A stretch of DNA of 58,155 nucleotides, the filler included, from Basidiobolus ranarum (taxonomy: Eukaryota), in assembly GCA_040143965.1 (NCBI GenBank). It is 4 parts of 4 records of this genome, joined end to end, with 100 filler letters (N's around TTAATTAATTAA, not from the genome) between each part and the next. Parts side by side here need not be neighbours in the genome. Positions count along the whole stretch, not along the records: positions 1 to 14,494 come from JASJQH010000422.1; positions 14,595 to 29,060 come from JASJQH010000423.1; 2 more parts are not named here. One strand, given 5' to 3'. A program made the translations under genes and the position numbers. Positions 11,703-23,789 of this stretch are shown one piece after another. Position 1 is the first letter of the stretch; each line of letters starts with the position of its first letter. The notes under the pieces were generated by a model. It made no database searches and was not told where the DNA came from. It saw only the letters and a program-made list of their open reading frames with translations.

Positions 11703-13403
11703 ATGAAAGTACCAAAGTACAAAGCGCCAGTACCCGTCGATGAAGACGACAGAATCAAGGAATTGTTGAAATATAAAATTCTTGAAACAACGTCGGAAGA
11801 AATTTTCGACGATGCTACCACGCTTGCAGCCCAAATATGTGAAACTCCAGTAGCACTCATCAGTTTTCTTGCAACTGAGCGGTGTTTCTTCAAGTCACGA
11901 TATAACACGAACGGTGAACCTGCCGAAAGAGATGTAGCATTCTGCTCATATGTTGTTGCATCGAAAAATACTTTTATAGTAACTGATGCAACAACAGACC
12001 CAAGGTTTGTGGAAAATCCAAGCGTCTTAGCAGGCGAAATTCGATTTTATGCTGGCGCTCCTCTTACGACAAAATCCGGCCACGTATTAGGCTCATTATG
12101 TGTTATCGATACCAAGCCAAACAATCTTGATGTAAATCAGCAGAAAGCACTTGAGGTCCTTGCTCGTCATGTTGTTCGTTGTCTTGAACTAAGGCTACAT
12201 TCAATCACTTTAGATAAAGCAAAGAGCGAAACAAAAACCTTCTTTGCAAATGCTGAGGCAGAGAGGCAAACTTCAATAATGAAGACACAGTTTCTAGCAA
12301 ATATGAGTCATGAGATTCGAACTCCTATTCACGGCATTGTCGGTTGTCTGGAAATATTAAGGGGAACACCGTTGACAGAAGAACAAGCTCAGTTGTTGGA
12401 AACGATGCAAGAGAGTATTGATGGTATATCTCGATTGACTAATGACATTCTAGATATTTCCAAAATCGAAACTGAACAATTGACATTGGAGTCTACCACA
12501 TTCAATCCAGCCAAAGTCTTCGACTCAATCAGAAAAAGATTCCAGTTACTTGCTGCTCGAAAGCAATTGAACTTGAACATTTCCGTACCAGCTCAGTTAT
12601 CAAGGAAAGTTGTTGGGGACGCAGTTCGTTTTGACGAGATTATCAGTAATATTGTGAATAACGCCATCAAGTTTACTGAACATGGTTCAGTATCGGTTAT
12701 TGTGGAAGATCAATCTAATAATAATGCGGAGGTGATAATATTTATACAAGTTATCGATACTGGTATTGGTATTCCACCCAACAAGATGGATAGAGTATTT
12801 ACACGATTCAGCCAGGTTGACGAGTCTCACAAACGAAGGCATGGAGGCTCTGGATTGAGTCTATCAATAACCAAGTTTCTTGTCGAGAAGATGAATGGGA
12901 CCATTGGAGTCAAAAGTACTCTTGGAGAAGGAACGAAGTTTTGGATCGTTATGTCATTTGCTATTCCTGAAGAAAATTTACAAAAGCTAGATAATGATGA
13001 CAAATTGACCGCCTTGATAGTTGAAGATAATGCAATCAATCGCCAGGTGCTGTGTAAACAAATTTCATGCAGATTTAGCAACGTTCAATGTGTTGAGAAT
13101 GGATTACTTGCCGTCGAGGCTTGTAAAAAAACCAAATATTCGGTAATATTTATGGACTGCCAGATGCCTGTGATGGACGGATATGAAGCTACAACCGAAA
13201 TACGTAAATTCGACCTATGGACACCTATAATTGCAGTATCAGCAAACACAATTAAATCAGATATCGAACGATGTTTTCAAGTTGGTATGAACGCACACCT
13301 TTCCAAGCCGGTTAGACGAGATGATATTATGAAGTGTGTACATACTTGTCTAATGGCCAACACTGTTGAACCTAAGCAATATGGATGTGTATACAGCAAC
13401 TAA
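11703..13403 (+). CDS. Hybrid sensor histidine kinase GAF-HisKA-HATPase-REC (566 aa, intronless)
   Basis: GAF (APVPVDEDDRIKEL..FDDATTLAAQICETPVALIS..RFYAGAPL), H-box FLANMSHEIRTP, N-box NIVNNAIKFT, G1 DTGIGI, receiver VEDN..MDCQMPVMDG..SKP. First ATG in the ORF is at 11703. Confidence 0.93.
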   Translation: MKVPKYKAPVPVDEDDRIKELLKYKILETTSEEIFDDATTLAAQICETPVALISFLATERCFFKSRYNTNGEPAERDVAFCSYVVASKNTFIVTDATTDPRFVENPSVLAGEIRFYAGAPLTTKSGHVLGSLCVIDTKPNNLDVNQQKALEVLARHVVRCLELRLHSITLDKAKSETKTFFANAEAERQTSIMKTQFLANMSHEIRTPIHGIVGCLEILRGTPLTEEQAQLLETMQESIDGISRLTNDILDISKIETEQLTLESTTFNPAKVFDSIRKRFQLLAARKQLNLNISVPAQLSRKVVGDAVRFDEIISNIVNNAIKFTEHGSVSVIVEDQSNNNAEVIIFIQVIDTGIGIPPNKMDRVFTRFSQVDESHKRRHGGSGLSLSITKFLVEKMNGTIGVKSTLGEGTKFWIVMSFAIPEENLQKLDNDDKLTALIVEDNAINRQVLCKQISCRFSNVQCVENGLLAVEACKKTKYSVIFMDCQMPVMDGYEATTEIRKFDLWTPIIAVSANTIKSDIERCFQVGMNAHLSKPVRRDDIMKCVHTCLMANTVEPKQYGCVYSN

Positions 13404-14494
13404 TAGGAGATAGTCTAGAAGTTGGGCAGGCACTTGCTTGCTTGTAATGTAAGAAAACAGTTATTTGTACAAACAGTCGCTAATCAGGATAGGAATTCTC
13501 ATACTTTTCTAATTAACTTCCTACCATAATAAATATTCTAACCATGAAGCCATATATCCGTAGAGTTATTAGCAGTGCTTGAAATGTGATGCAAGTCGGA
13601 GGCAAGATCAGCAACCGAATCCTTGGCGATCAGTTAGATAAAGTGTCACAAAGTAGGATCTATTAATGATAATCCGTTGGGATTAGGTGCGATAAAAGCC
13701 CCAAATAGATATACTTGACTTTGATAAATTTTAATCTAATACAGTTACATTTAAGATAATAATTTCCGAATAACACTTGGTACATCGGATCCTATGCCGA
13801 TAAGTAGCAATTTAGTCAGTCTCCGAAGTTGTAAGCATTATATTGAGCGGGAAAGGTGACAAGCATAGAGGAAACAAAAGTGAATACACCATATTATTGA
13901 TATGAGGTAAAATTGATGCTTTAGAAGCAAGACAATTATGGCCACAGATTAACACATAGTCCTCAGTAATATGATTGGCTTTTTTAGATCTTAAGTTGAA
14001 TATTGGGGAAATTAGGACTTGGTGGAGGATTTTCACACACTAAGTTCTTATCTTTAGTTTAATCCACACACATTCATATATTTTCTGATTTACAGACAAG
14101 TGACACTTGACCAAATAATGTTAACTTGGATATGATGTAGAGAGTAGTTAGGTGAACTTAATTTAGCTTATCTAATATGCATAAAGTAACGCTTAGGATA
14201 CACTGCTTCTAGGCTAATGGTAAGAAAGCAAGTGATGTGGGTTTTAGGGTTAGGGGGAGACAGTCACCAACAGGTGAAATCTTTATTTCAAACAAAACAA
14301 AGAACCCATAACTACTTTTGTAGTTTCTTAACTAATGTATGGAGATCAGGAGTATTGGTATGAATGTTGCAAAGCAGAAAAGATAAGTCAGTAGAATCTA
14401 AGACACTATTAAGTGGAGTGGGAGGGAGTAACAAAGGTAAAATGGTTTGTCAACAATGGAAATTAGTGGAATGAGACTAGGATTAACATAAAGC

Positions 14495-14594
14495 NNNNNN
14501 NNNNNNNNNNNNNNNNNNNNNNNNNNNNNNNNNNNNNNTTAATTAATTAANNNNNNNNNNNNNNNNNNNNNNNNNNNNNNNNNNNNNNNNNNNN
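14495..14594. other. Artificial 100-nt contig linker (N44-TTAATTAATTAA-N44)
   Basis: N-run with a central 12-mer giving stop codons in all six frames; identical to the other two linkers. Confidence 0.97.
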
Positions 14595-16264
14595 AAGTGC
14601 TATAATATGCCATCATGAGTTTCCGAATGACAGTAATAATCACTACTAGTAGCTGGTGCCCCATCCAAAGATTTATGGTTGGTATGAGTGGGGACAATCC
14701 TAGCCCCATAACTGACATTATAAGTCAATACAAAGTCACTTCTGTTGAATTCTCAAAGCCATAGTACCACTGTCGTGTAACCAAACTAGAGGAATACTTG
14801 GAAAGGACTCCGCAGTGAGGACTTCTAAATCCTAATTTCGCCGACTCCCTCCGTTCTCTTCCATTAACACCCAAAGCTACCCATTAGTAGCAATATCCCA
14901 TATTTCTCCCCAAAAAATATATGTAGAAATACTAAAGCGAGCGGTGATGGTTATTAAAGAGTTGTGTGCGATGCATGTGATGTTCGGGTGGTTGTTTTAA
15001 GGATACGGTTACTTGCGAAGATTCCACTCAATTGATTATGAGAGAAGGCTTTCAAGGCTGAGGATAATATAGTAAGATAATAAGAGGTATGACAGCCATC
15101 ATTGTTTGAGATACACACGTGGTGCTAGACAACTACCATCCAGCTACTGAATTAGAGGTTACCTAACATCAGTCATGAGTCTAAGTTGCTATGCACTTGC
15201 GTATTAATTATTCTCAATTTAGTTCCTTGTTAAGACAAACAAGAAAAGGCTGAACCTTAGAGATAGTAAGCTCCTAGGAGTGCTAGCCCCAAGCTACACT
15301 TTACCCAGTATTTTGTAGTAAAATCAGGTCATAATGAGTACAGGGATGAAAAGCATATAGAAGGAAAACTATGCTGACAGGACTAAGTTGTTTGTTCGAG
15401 CTCTATCTTCAAATACATGTAATTGTGACGTGACTGCCCTATTTAAATAGTATCATATCGTATGCAATCAGTGTAATATTGCTAAGGTTAAATAAATTGT
15501 GGATCCCGAGGGAACACTATTTAAGTATGTAACCAGTCTATTCTGACGGCGATACCCAGGGCGATTATCAAGTTAGAAATTGGGGATAACTAATAAAGTA
15601 TTCCCGGTAATATTTTCTTTCTAAATCAACTGCCTGAGGGATTTTTCCTTACACATATGCTGACGAATGTAGAAAACATGGCTCTATACTATACCACTAC
15701 TCGTAATTAGTTTCACCGAGGATAAGGCCTATAGGTGTATTGGTGCTTCAAATAGAGAAGATTTGAAGAATCAAGGTCGGAGGTTGCAGTCCATATTGTT
15801 GTGTGGAATATTCATTGTGCTAGTGATTAGTGCACAATCTACCAAGTAGATTATTACCATGCAATAAGTTGACTCGAGAATCACAAAAGAAGCTTTTGGA
15901 AGAAACAAGGTAGAAAGTGTGCTCAAGAGAGACTCCTTAGGAGCATGGTGAAAGAGGGGTTATGTTCACAAACGGCCAAATGCTATTTAAATAATAAAAG
16001 GGCTGAGATTACAGTACCCTTGATCATTCAACTAGAATTTCTTTCATGATATATAGTGATACTTGAAATTCTCGCATTACTACAAGAATGAAACATTAAT
16101 TTACTACGTTCTGATCAATCTCTAGATAATCAACAGAAGTCTAGGAATCTGATACAATGTTTATTGGAATAGATAATACTCGTGATCTGAATAGATGCTC
16201 TTGGATGATGATGCTTTAATGAAGATGACAAATTGACAATGGATTTATGCAAAGTTTACTAATA

Positions 16265-16767
16265 TCAGAGTTTGGAATTTTGCTTTAGGTATTCTTGCAA
16301 TTTCCCAGTTTCGTTGGCGCTATTAACTGCATCAAAGCCACCAATGTGCTGACTATGAATGAACACATTTGGGACCGTCCGCTGTCCAGTGAGTGTTTTC
16401 AATTCTTCTTGAATTTCAGAGCCGTGTTCTGAGCATATCAAAGATAAGTATATTTGGCCTAAAATGTATCTCAAAAAAAGAATTACCATGTTCGTTGAGT
16501 TCAATAGCTTTATACTTGGTATTTAAATCGTCAAATAGATCTTTGGTGCGTATGCAATAACTGAATATATACGCATTAGCTTTGTATTGGTAGAGGTTAA
16601 TAAATCGAGTAACTTACGGGCAATAACTCTTGCTAAAGATCTTAAAGAGAAAACGAAATGAGTTACTTTCCAAAATATATATATCCTCCGGAAAGGGTTG
16701 GAGCTTAACATACCATCACAGGATTCTCGACAATAAGTCGTTTAACAAGCTCACGTACAACTGACAT
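16265..16767 (-). CDS. Dithiol glutaredoxin (CPYC), 104 aa, C-terminal SKL
   Basis: Exons 16767-16714, 16640-16618, 16560-16487, 16428-16265 give MSVVRELVKRLIVENPVMIFSKSYCPYCIRTK...TGQRTVPNVFI..HIGGFD...KQNSKL. Confidence 0.92.
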
Positions 16768-17851
16768 TTTTCTAAATCTACGAAGTTGGAGGTAAGTATT
16801 CAAAAAGACTCAGGTCGAATATACTTTTTTAACTTCAACAGATACGATACCTATTATCAACGGAACAACAGCAAACTGTGGAAAAACGGTATTGTTAGAT
16901 TCAAAAAAAAAACTTTGTGCACTTACAAATCTGATATATATAAGCACTACTACTACGCAATGTCGCAATTTCTCGAGTAACTTATACCATCGGAAATTTA
17001 CGCGGTTGGGGTCTTGCTTGTTTTAGTAAACATTTTGACGAAATATATATTTATTCATCAGGCTGTCCTATTGTAATATATCAACCTAGAAATGGGTGGA
17101 CTATATAGATGTATTCTATATCCATTCCATGTAATTGCCAAATGAAGGAAGGATGATTTTTAATTCGTCAAACACTTGTTCCCAGGCTACTATTAATTGT
17201 AATCTAAACCAAACAAACACTTGTAATGATACTGGAGCAACCCTCACGCTAGGTCGTGTGGTGAGTGAATTGTTTGTGGTGTCATTCATTTCATACTATT
17301 TATTATGCCAAGCAAGAGAAGATTCTCTAAATGAGAGCTAAATGAAACATAAAGTATCCTTTCATTATGTATCATAGAGGGCGTTAATTCAATTGAATAA
17401 ACCTGATGAGTAACGTACTTGCTCCGCATTATTTGTTCATACATCTATAACAAGAATCCATTCGTCCAAAAGCTTAGTGAAGGCTACTTTTTCATTCCAT
17501 ATACAGTCTACAGGTTCCATTCACATTAGGCCATGTCGAGTGATACGTAGAGAAGAAAAGAGAAGTATCTAAAGCGATGAATTCCATTTGATCTTCACAA
17601 AGTAACGAATCAACCACTCCATCGCAATCCAACGTAAGAAAGAAAGATCAATAGAAATACAAAATCAACTGGATCTTTGGGAAAATCACTGGAAATAATA
17701 ACACAGACCACTTACTCTACACTGTGTAATGATAATTTCACAAACATAAAGAAGATTGACAAAAACTCTAATAGGATGAAATGATTCTGTTTTACATAGT
17801 GGACCACTCGAAGAAGTTGTAAGCCCAAATGGTCCCGGAAAGCGTGTTGAT

Positions 17852-20800
17852 CTACAAAGCCTTACGATGATAGTAATGGACAATTCGTGAAGGAGACACC
17901 CATTCATCTTGGCTGGAATGAGATAAAAAAGTAGTTGCTTAATATCAAATACAAAAGAGATTTTGCACGATTATTTACCTGGCGCTAGCCCTCAAGTAGC
18001 GAACAAAATAATGAAAACCTTTATGTCCTGTATCATTCAACACGTCAATGTCTTTAACAAGAGCCTTCCATGATTTTTCTGGATCATCGAGGCTAACAAC
18101 TTGAACTTCATCGCCAACCATATACATATATGTTTTGATGATAGCAACATCTAAATTCATTGTGGACTATCAATAACAGAGTTCCTTTTCTGTGAACCAA
18201 AATATTTACCTTCATGTCTTCGTTGGGAAACAGGCTAGATTGATGGTCATTAATACATTATAAAAGGGTAAGTGGGTCATTATGTGGGGGTGTGAAAGCT
18301 ATTTAGATGAATTACTCTGTTGTCGTTATGTTGCCAACGCGCCCATTTGATTTCGTTTAACACTTGATCCGTCTCTAAATAAGCAAGAGCTCGACGAACC
18401 GCGATGTGATGTAGAAAGTCAGGATGAAGGTTTTTGAACTGAGTGAATGGAGCAGTAGTCGAGTCGAATACGACAAATTCGTCAGGCCAGCATAACGAGT
18501 ATGTACCATCTTCAAAATATCTAACTGCGTATTGTCCAGGCTTTGGCCTACGCATGGATCTATCGGTTTCTGAGGAGGGAATCAGCAAGGCCGGCCACCA
18601 GAATGGCTCGTTGTCATCCAGAGGGTTGACAAACACAGCCATGGTTTTGGTGAATTCGGGCACAGGAGCACCAAAAGAACCTTTTTTAACTCGGCTAGCC
18701 AGTATCGTGGTTGGTTCCAGGAAATGTGGACCATTGAGGGGTGGATTCCTTTTGATGATTTGTAAACTCTTTCCTAGCACCTCATCCCTTTCGGACTCGA
18801 GAGTCAAAGTGCCGCTACTAGGTGTCTCATAAATCATGAGCGAACCTTCGTCATTGACATCAACCGGCGTATGGGATTCAGAGATATCACTGACTGAATT
18901 CAGTTCGCTAGTAGGAACTTCGGACAGCTCACTACTACTATCTGCATAATCTGAAGATTGTTGGTATCGAAAGCTTCAACATGGCAATCAAAAAATAGTA
19001 ATTACTTGCTTCATCAAGGATTTGAGTTAGATTGACGACTTGACTTGTTATTGCTTGTGAGACTTGGAGATCTTGAATAAGATTAAAGGAGCTCGCTGTG
19101 TCGCGTCTAGAACGGATTGATGTGATTACGCGCTTCTTGGTTTTTTTGGAAGGCAAGTTTACAACCTGATCCGGTCTTATTTTGGCCAACCTGCGACGCT
19201 TCGTTTTGGCTGCTGGCTCTATTTCAATGGTAAATAGTTAATAACAGCACCGTAAAAAATACTGGAAAAAACAAGAGCATACTGGAAACGGCCTTTTTCG
19301 TGACTTCGAAAGCAACCACTGACTTTTCTTTAGCACATTCATAAGACTTCTCAGCAAAGGGATCTGCAAGTCCTAATAAGACCTGTAGGGTAGAAACTCA
19401 GTACAAATCCTTGTAAATTACATTCAGACAACCCTTACTGGCTCTGACTCAAGATAAGACAATTCTAGTACTCTGACTGGCCATTTATTTCCAAAGATCT
19501 TTTCATGTCGTTCACATCGCGGACACATATCCTTGGCCTGAATTCCTTTGAGCTCCCGCATGCATATGATGGTTGGATCATCTGAGAAAAGAGCGTCATC
19601 AACCCAGATATAGCTACAAACTGAACAAACAATAGTGCATGTCTTGATGATCTTGAGAATACGAGAGGAAGAAAGACTACCGATGCTTTTTGAATTAGGG
19701 TTTGCCATACTGTCTTTATGGTGACTGGTTTTGTCGTTGGAGGGATTCGTGTCCATCGACTTATCGACTTGACGAAGTAGATTTGAGATAGCCGAAAGGG
19801 CTGCCGAGTTGTCCAAATTGATTGACTGAGATGGCTTTATGGAATCTAAAATTCCTCTTTCCTGTATGCTATCCAAAGGGTCCCCTTTGTTCTTCAAAAT
19901 ATCAAATAGAATTCCATATTTGTCTCTCATGGCCTGCTGTCCATCATAACGGTGCTCGATTGTTGATTTCGACGTAGAATCAGAAGTGTAGCTGACTAAA
20001 AGTACAGAAAGATGCGTCAGTTATGAAAATCACTGTTAAGGGATGATGGCAACACAACAAGGCATTACCATTACCGCTGCGCTTCCGCAAGCTTCTTCTA
20101 CGGTTTCGTTCGTGTTCATTCTCTTCCAAAATACTTTCTATAGTTGGCCTAAATGCTCCTTCGCCTACTCTAGAGATCAGGCTACATTAGGGCTTATGCT
20201 CCTCCCATCCAAATGATATGAAACCAGCTATCTTAGCTCTACCTTTCACACGTAGCACATTGGCATTCGCAGTTCTTGTTACCAAAATAGTTTCCACCAT
20301 AATAGGTGGATATCTCTTCGCCTACTTCAATGGGTTTTACTACTTTGAGGCAAATTCCATCTGGTCCAAAAGGCTCAAACTTCCATCGAACAAGAGAAAA
20401 CGACACCGTTAGGTCAAACAGAAACTCTCAATCACAGGCTTGAATAATATACCTCACAGTTAGAATTGCAGTCATGCTATGAAGTAAAAAGCGTTGAAAT
20501 TGAGAAACGATTAATCAATTATTTAATAGACTGGAGGTATCATTTCACGAAGAAAAGAGGTGTGAATCATTCATTAATTTGATGATTCCCCTCTAACCTA
20601 CATTTACAAAGCGTGCCGGACCTAGAAAAAGGCAGTAACTACTTTTCCTACTAGACCACATAACACTGAAATCCATCTTCTTCTGTTCCAAATGATGTAA
20701 TTCCTTTTCACTCAATAAAGCTACCCCACCACTACAGCACCGGATTTCCTCTCCAACCTCCCAGCGTTTTGTTGCTACTACAGAGGCCTCAGCCTTACGC

Positions 20801-21329
20801 GTTCTATAGCGATGTGTTTGGCTAATCTCGAAACCTGCTTCTGGGTGATATATTGACAGATACCGCTTCGAATGGCTTTGATATATGAAGAGGGGTTGTA
20901 AAGTGCACGTAATGGTATTAGTAATAAGTCAACATCTTCCAAGAAAGTAAAAAAACCTCTTCCGATATTCATACTCAATAAAGCCTTGCGTGTCCTCTGC
21001 GTTTTTCTTCCGTAAAAAAGTTTTAATATAGTCCAGGCTAGATATGCGAAGAAACGTCCATTTAAATAAAGAAGGGCATAGTGATTCTAAGGGTTATAAG
21101 GAATCTGTTGGTAGATTTATGGTGGGTACCTTAGTAGCCTTTCTGTTGCGGAGTTTATTGATCTCTTGGCAACGACATTCTCTTGAACAATTATGACTAC
21201 TTCTTCCACTTTGACACGAGCTGATCGTCGACTTTGGTTCATTTTGTGAGTTTGAAACCAAAGATATAGTGAATCAACCAGAACGTCACTCAATAAGTCA
21301 TCATATTTTGCCAAAGTCTCTAGCTTCAT
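17852..21329 (-). CDS. set9: Set9/KMT5 histone H4K20 methyltransferase with C-terminal PWWP-like and Tudor-knot domains (multi-exon)
   Basis: N-term LAKYDDLLSDVLVD; RYLSIYHPEAGFEISQTHRY; SET core DFSVMWSSRK..LFLGPARFVN|HDCNSNC; GEEISTYYG.NYFG..NCECQCATCE; CPRCERHEKIFG.KWP. In-frame GT-AG splicing continues through the FWWPAL..YAVRYFED domain and YFVRY..DEWV to a TAG at 17852. Confidence 0.85.
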
Positions 21330-22784
21330 TCCACTCTTTAGAAGTGCCCACCCAAAAATAAGGGCAATATCAAGGGGGGATTTATGAGAGAGGGAGAGTC
21401 GGTATTCACTAAATAAGTATCGATATAACTCCAAGATATCCTTTGGATCAGATGAAACCACCCACTGTATGTTTTAGATGGATCTAGGTAAGATACCTGG
21501 CGGCTTTAAATCACACCATGGGGTTAAATAGATATCTATGGCCATTTAATTAGTCAATTCATAGGATATGAATAGAGAGAAGCAAATTGAACTTTCCATA
21601 GTCATCTAGCCAAATTGCCCATCTGTTATTAACACAGAATTTCAAAGTAAAGCATTTGATTGCAGTCAATGTAATGATAGGATTCGCTTGAAGTAGAATC
21701 ACAGGTTCACAATGTAGGGTGAGTTACGGAGTACATGAGGTAGAAAGTCAACTACGAGTTTCGTAAACGTTTAGCTAATGATTCAATCGTATTATAATAT
21801 CAGCAATTCGGATCCTTTTCGAACTTCTATGTGTTTCAAGAGTTTTAAGTGTCTTCCAATATGAAGTTGGCTGTATCGTTGGGGTTCAATGTGACGATCA
21901 GTCAAAGCTTTGGCATCTACAGCTGATCATTTTTACCCAGTGAACAATATTTGTGTGCTTGATGGTATGGTATGCAACCATACTGGATGCATGTATGTTG
22001 TATTTACAGCTGGGCTAGGATGAGTATTCACTCAATATGCATGCTATGGATACGGCAGTTGTTCGTGCTCTACGATAAAATGGAGCGTGGCTTGTTGCGA
22101 CTGCTTCTATATAGTGGAATGATCTTTTCTGTTGCAACTGTAGTATACACATTGCAAGTTTGTGGCAACTTGACTAGCTATGGATACAATTCGCGGGTAA
22201 CTCTATACTTGTACTGGAATCTCGAAGTGAATCGATATAGCTGGTATTGAAGATCGGACCACAAGTGGTAATAGATAGTCAAGCACTCTTAAACAAGAAT
22301 GGATTAACAGGTTTTCATCAAAAAATCCCTAAAATTTGAGAATAGTAAGTATTCGTGTCGGAGCTAAGTGAAACGCTTGTACCATTCGCCCTCAGATTGT
22401 GTAAGCATCGTTATTGTCGCACTACATTTGACTTTGCACAACACTGACGATTTGGACTACTTTGCCGTTGTAATAATGGAATACTCTGCCCAATTTGGCC
22501 TGACATCCTATCCTCATAGCAACTACACAAGTATCAAGAATTCCATAGCGTTTACGTGCGCTTCGGCACTTGTTGGATACGATGGTGATTTGCATCAGAT
22601 TTGTGTACGCCTTTGGTATTAATAGAATTTATCTGATATTTTGAATAACAAATACATAGTTGGCATAGATCCGACATACATAAGAATTAGATGTGCAGTA
22701 GAAACAGAAGTGGTTGATGCGTGTCAGATTACAAATTGAATAGAGATACAATGATTTTTAAGGCGAACTATAGCCTTAAGGCAC

Positions 22785-23789
22785 TTATAAGAGTGTTTCG
22801 CCAAGAGCACAGCGTGCTAATGAACAACCAATCGTAACGGTTTGATAGAGGTTTACCTCATCTCCTAACGAAGGGTTAACCTCCATAATATCCAAAGAAA
22901 CTAAGCATCCAGTCTCACAGATTGCTTCACAAATATAGTGTCCCTCACGGAAGGTAAGACCACCACGCACGGGAGTACCAGTACTAGGTGCCACGGTGGG
23001 GTCAAGCGCATCCACATCGAAGCTCAGGTGAATGGGACGGTCAAGGTTAGGATTGACATGCTTAAGCGCATCCTCAACAACCTTACCTATCCCATATCTG
23101 TCTACGTCATGCATCGAGAACGCTTTGATACCTTGCTCTTTCAGGATGACTTTCTCAGCTGGATCAACATCACGAAGACCGATATAAACCAGACGATCAG
23201 CTTTCAAGTATGGCTTGATCCAGGCAAATTCAGGAATATCACCAGCGATACCTAAAAGGAAGGATAATGGACACCCGTGCAAGTTACCAGAGTCTGTAGT
23301 TTCAGGAGTGTTGATATCTGCATGGGCATCAACCCAAATCAAGCAAGCATCAGGGTGGGCAGCAAATGTACCACTTACTGTGGCCATCGCCATACTGTGA
23401 TCACCGCCAAGAGTCAACACCATTCTCCCCTGCTCCGCATGACTTTGAATCACTTTGGAGACCGACTCGTTAACGCGGGAGACATAACGTGGCTTCTTGA
23501 GTTTTCCAATATCAGGGTCTTCTTGAGGGCGCAAATGTTGGAAGTTATTGATTTCTCCAGCAAAGTCTATGCCCCAGCCTAATTCCTTTAGTTGATCTAA
23601 TAAACCGAACTCAACCAATCGGATTGGGCCCTCGTCAACGCCATCTTTGGGCTAGAATTACAATGTGACGTTATTCAGAAAGGAGTCATTGTGTGCATGA
23701 TAATAATGTAATGTAAATACCTGGCCACCACTAAATGGTACAGGGACGACACCAACGGTCTTCTCTTTGAGGAACTTGAAATCAACCAT
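22785..23789 (-). CDS. car1: Arginase (311 aa, 2 exons)
   Basis: Exons 23789-23721 and 23651-22785. Motifs [50 protein letters not shown]. Confidence 0.96.

Noticed and set aside
11703-12200. GAF kinase as a phytochrome or cyanobacteriochrome next to heme oxygenase
   Set aside because: No PAS or PHY domain and no DIP or CH bilin-binding motifs.
14539-14550. TTAATTAATTAA as a biological repeat or transposon target
   Set aside because: Embedded identically in the centre of each N linker; assembly artefact.
21972-22622. Two hydrophobic ORFs between set9 and arginase as a membrane protein
   Set aside because: No recognisable family and I could not build a consistent spliced model; may be a decayed gene.
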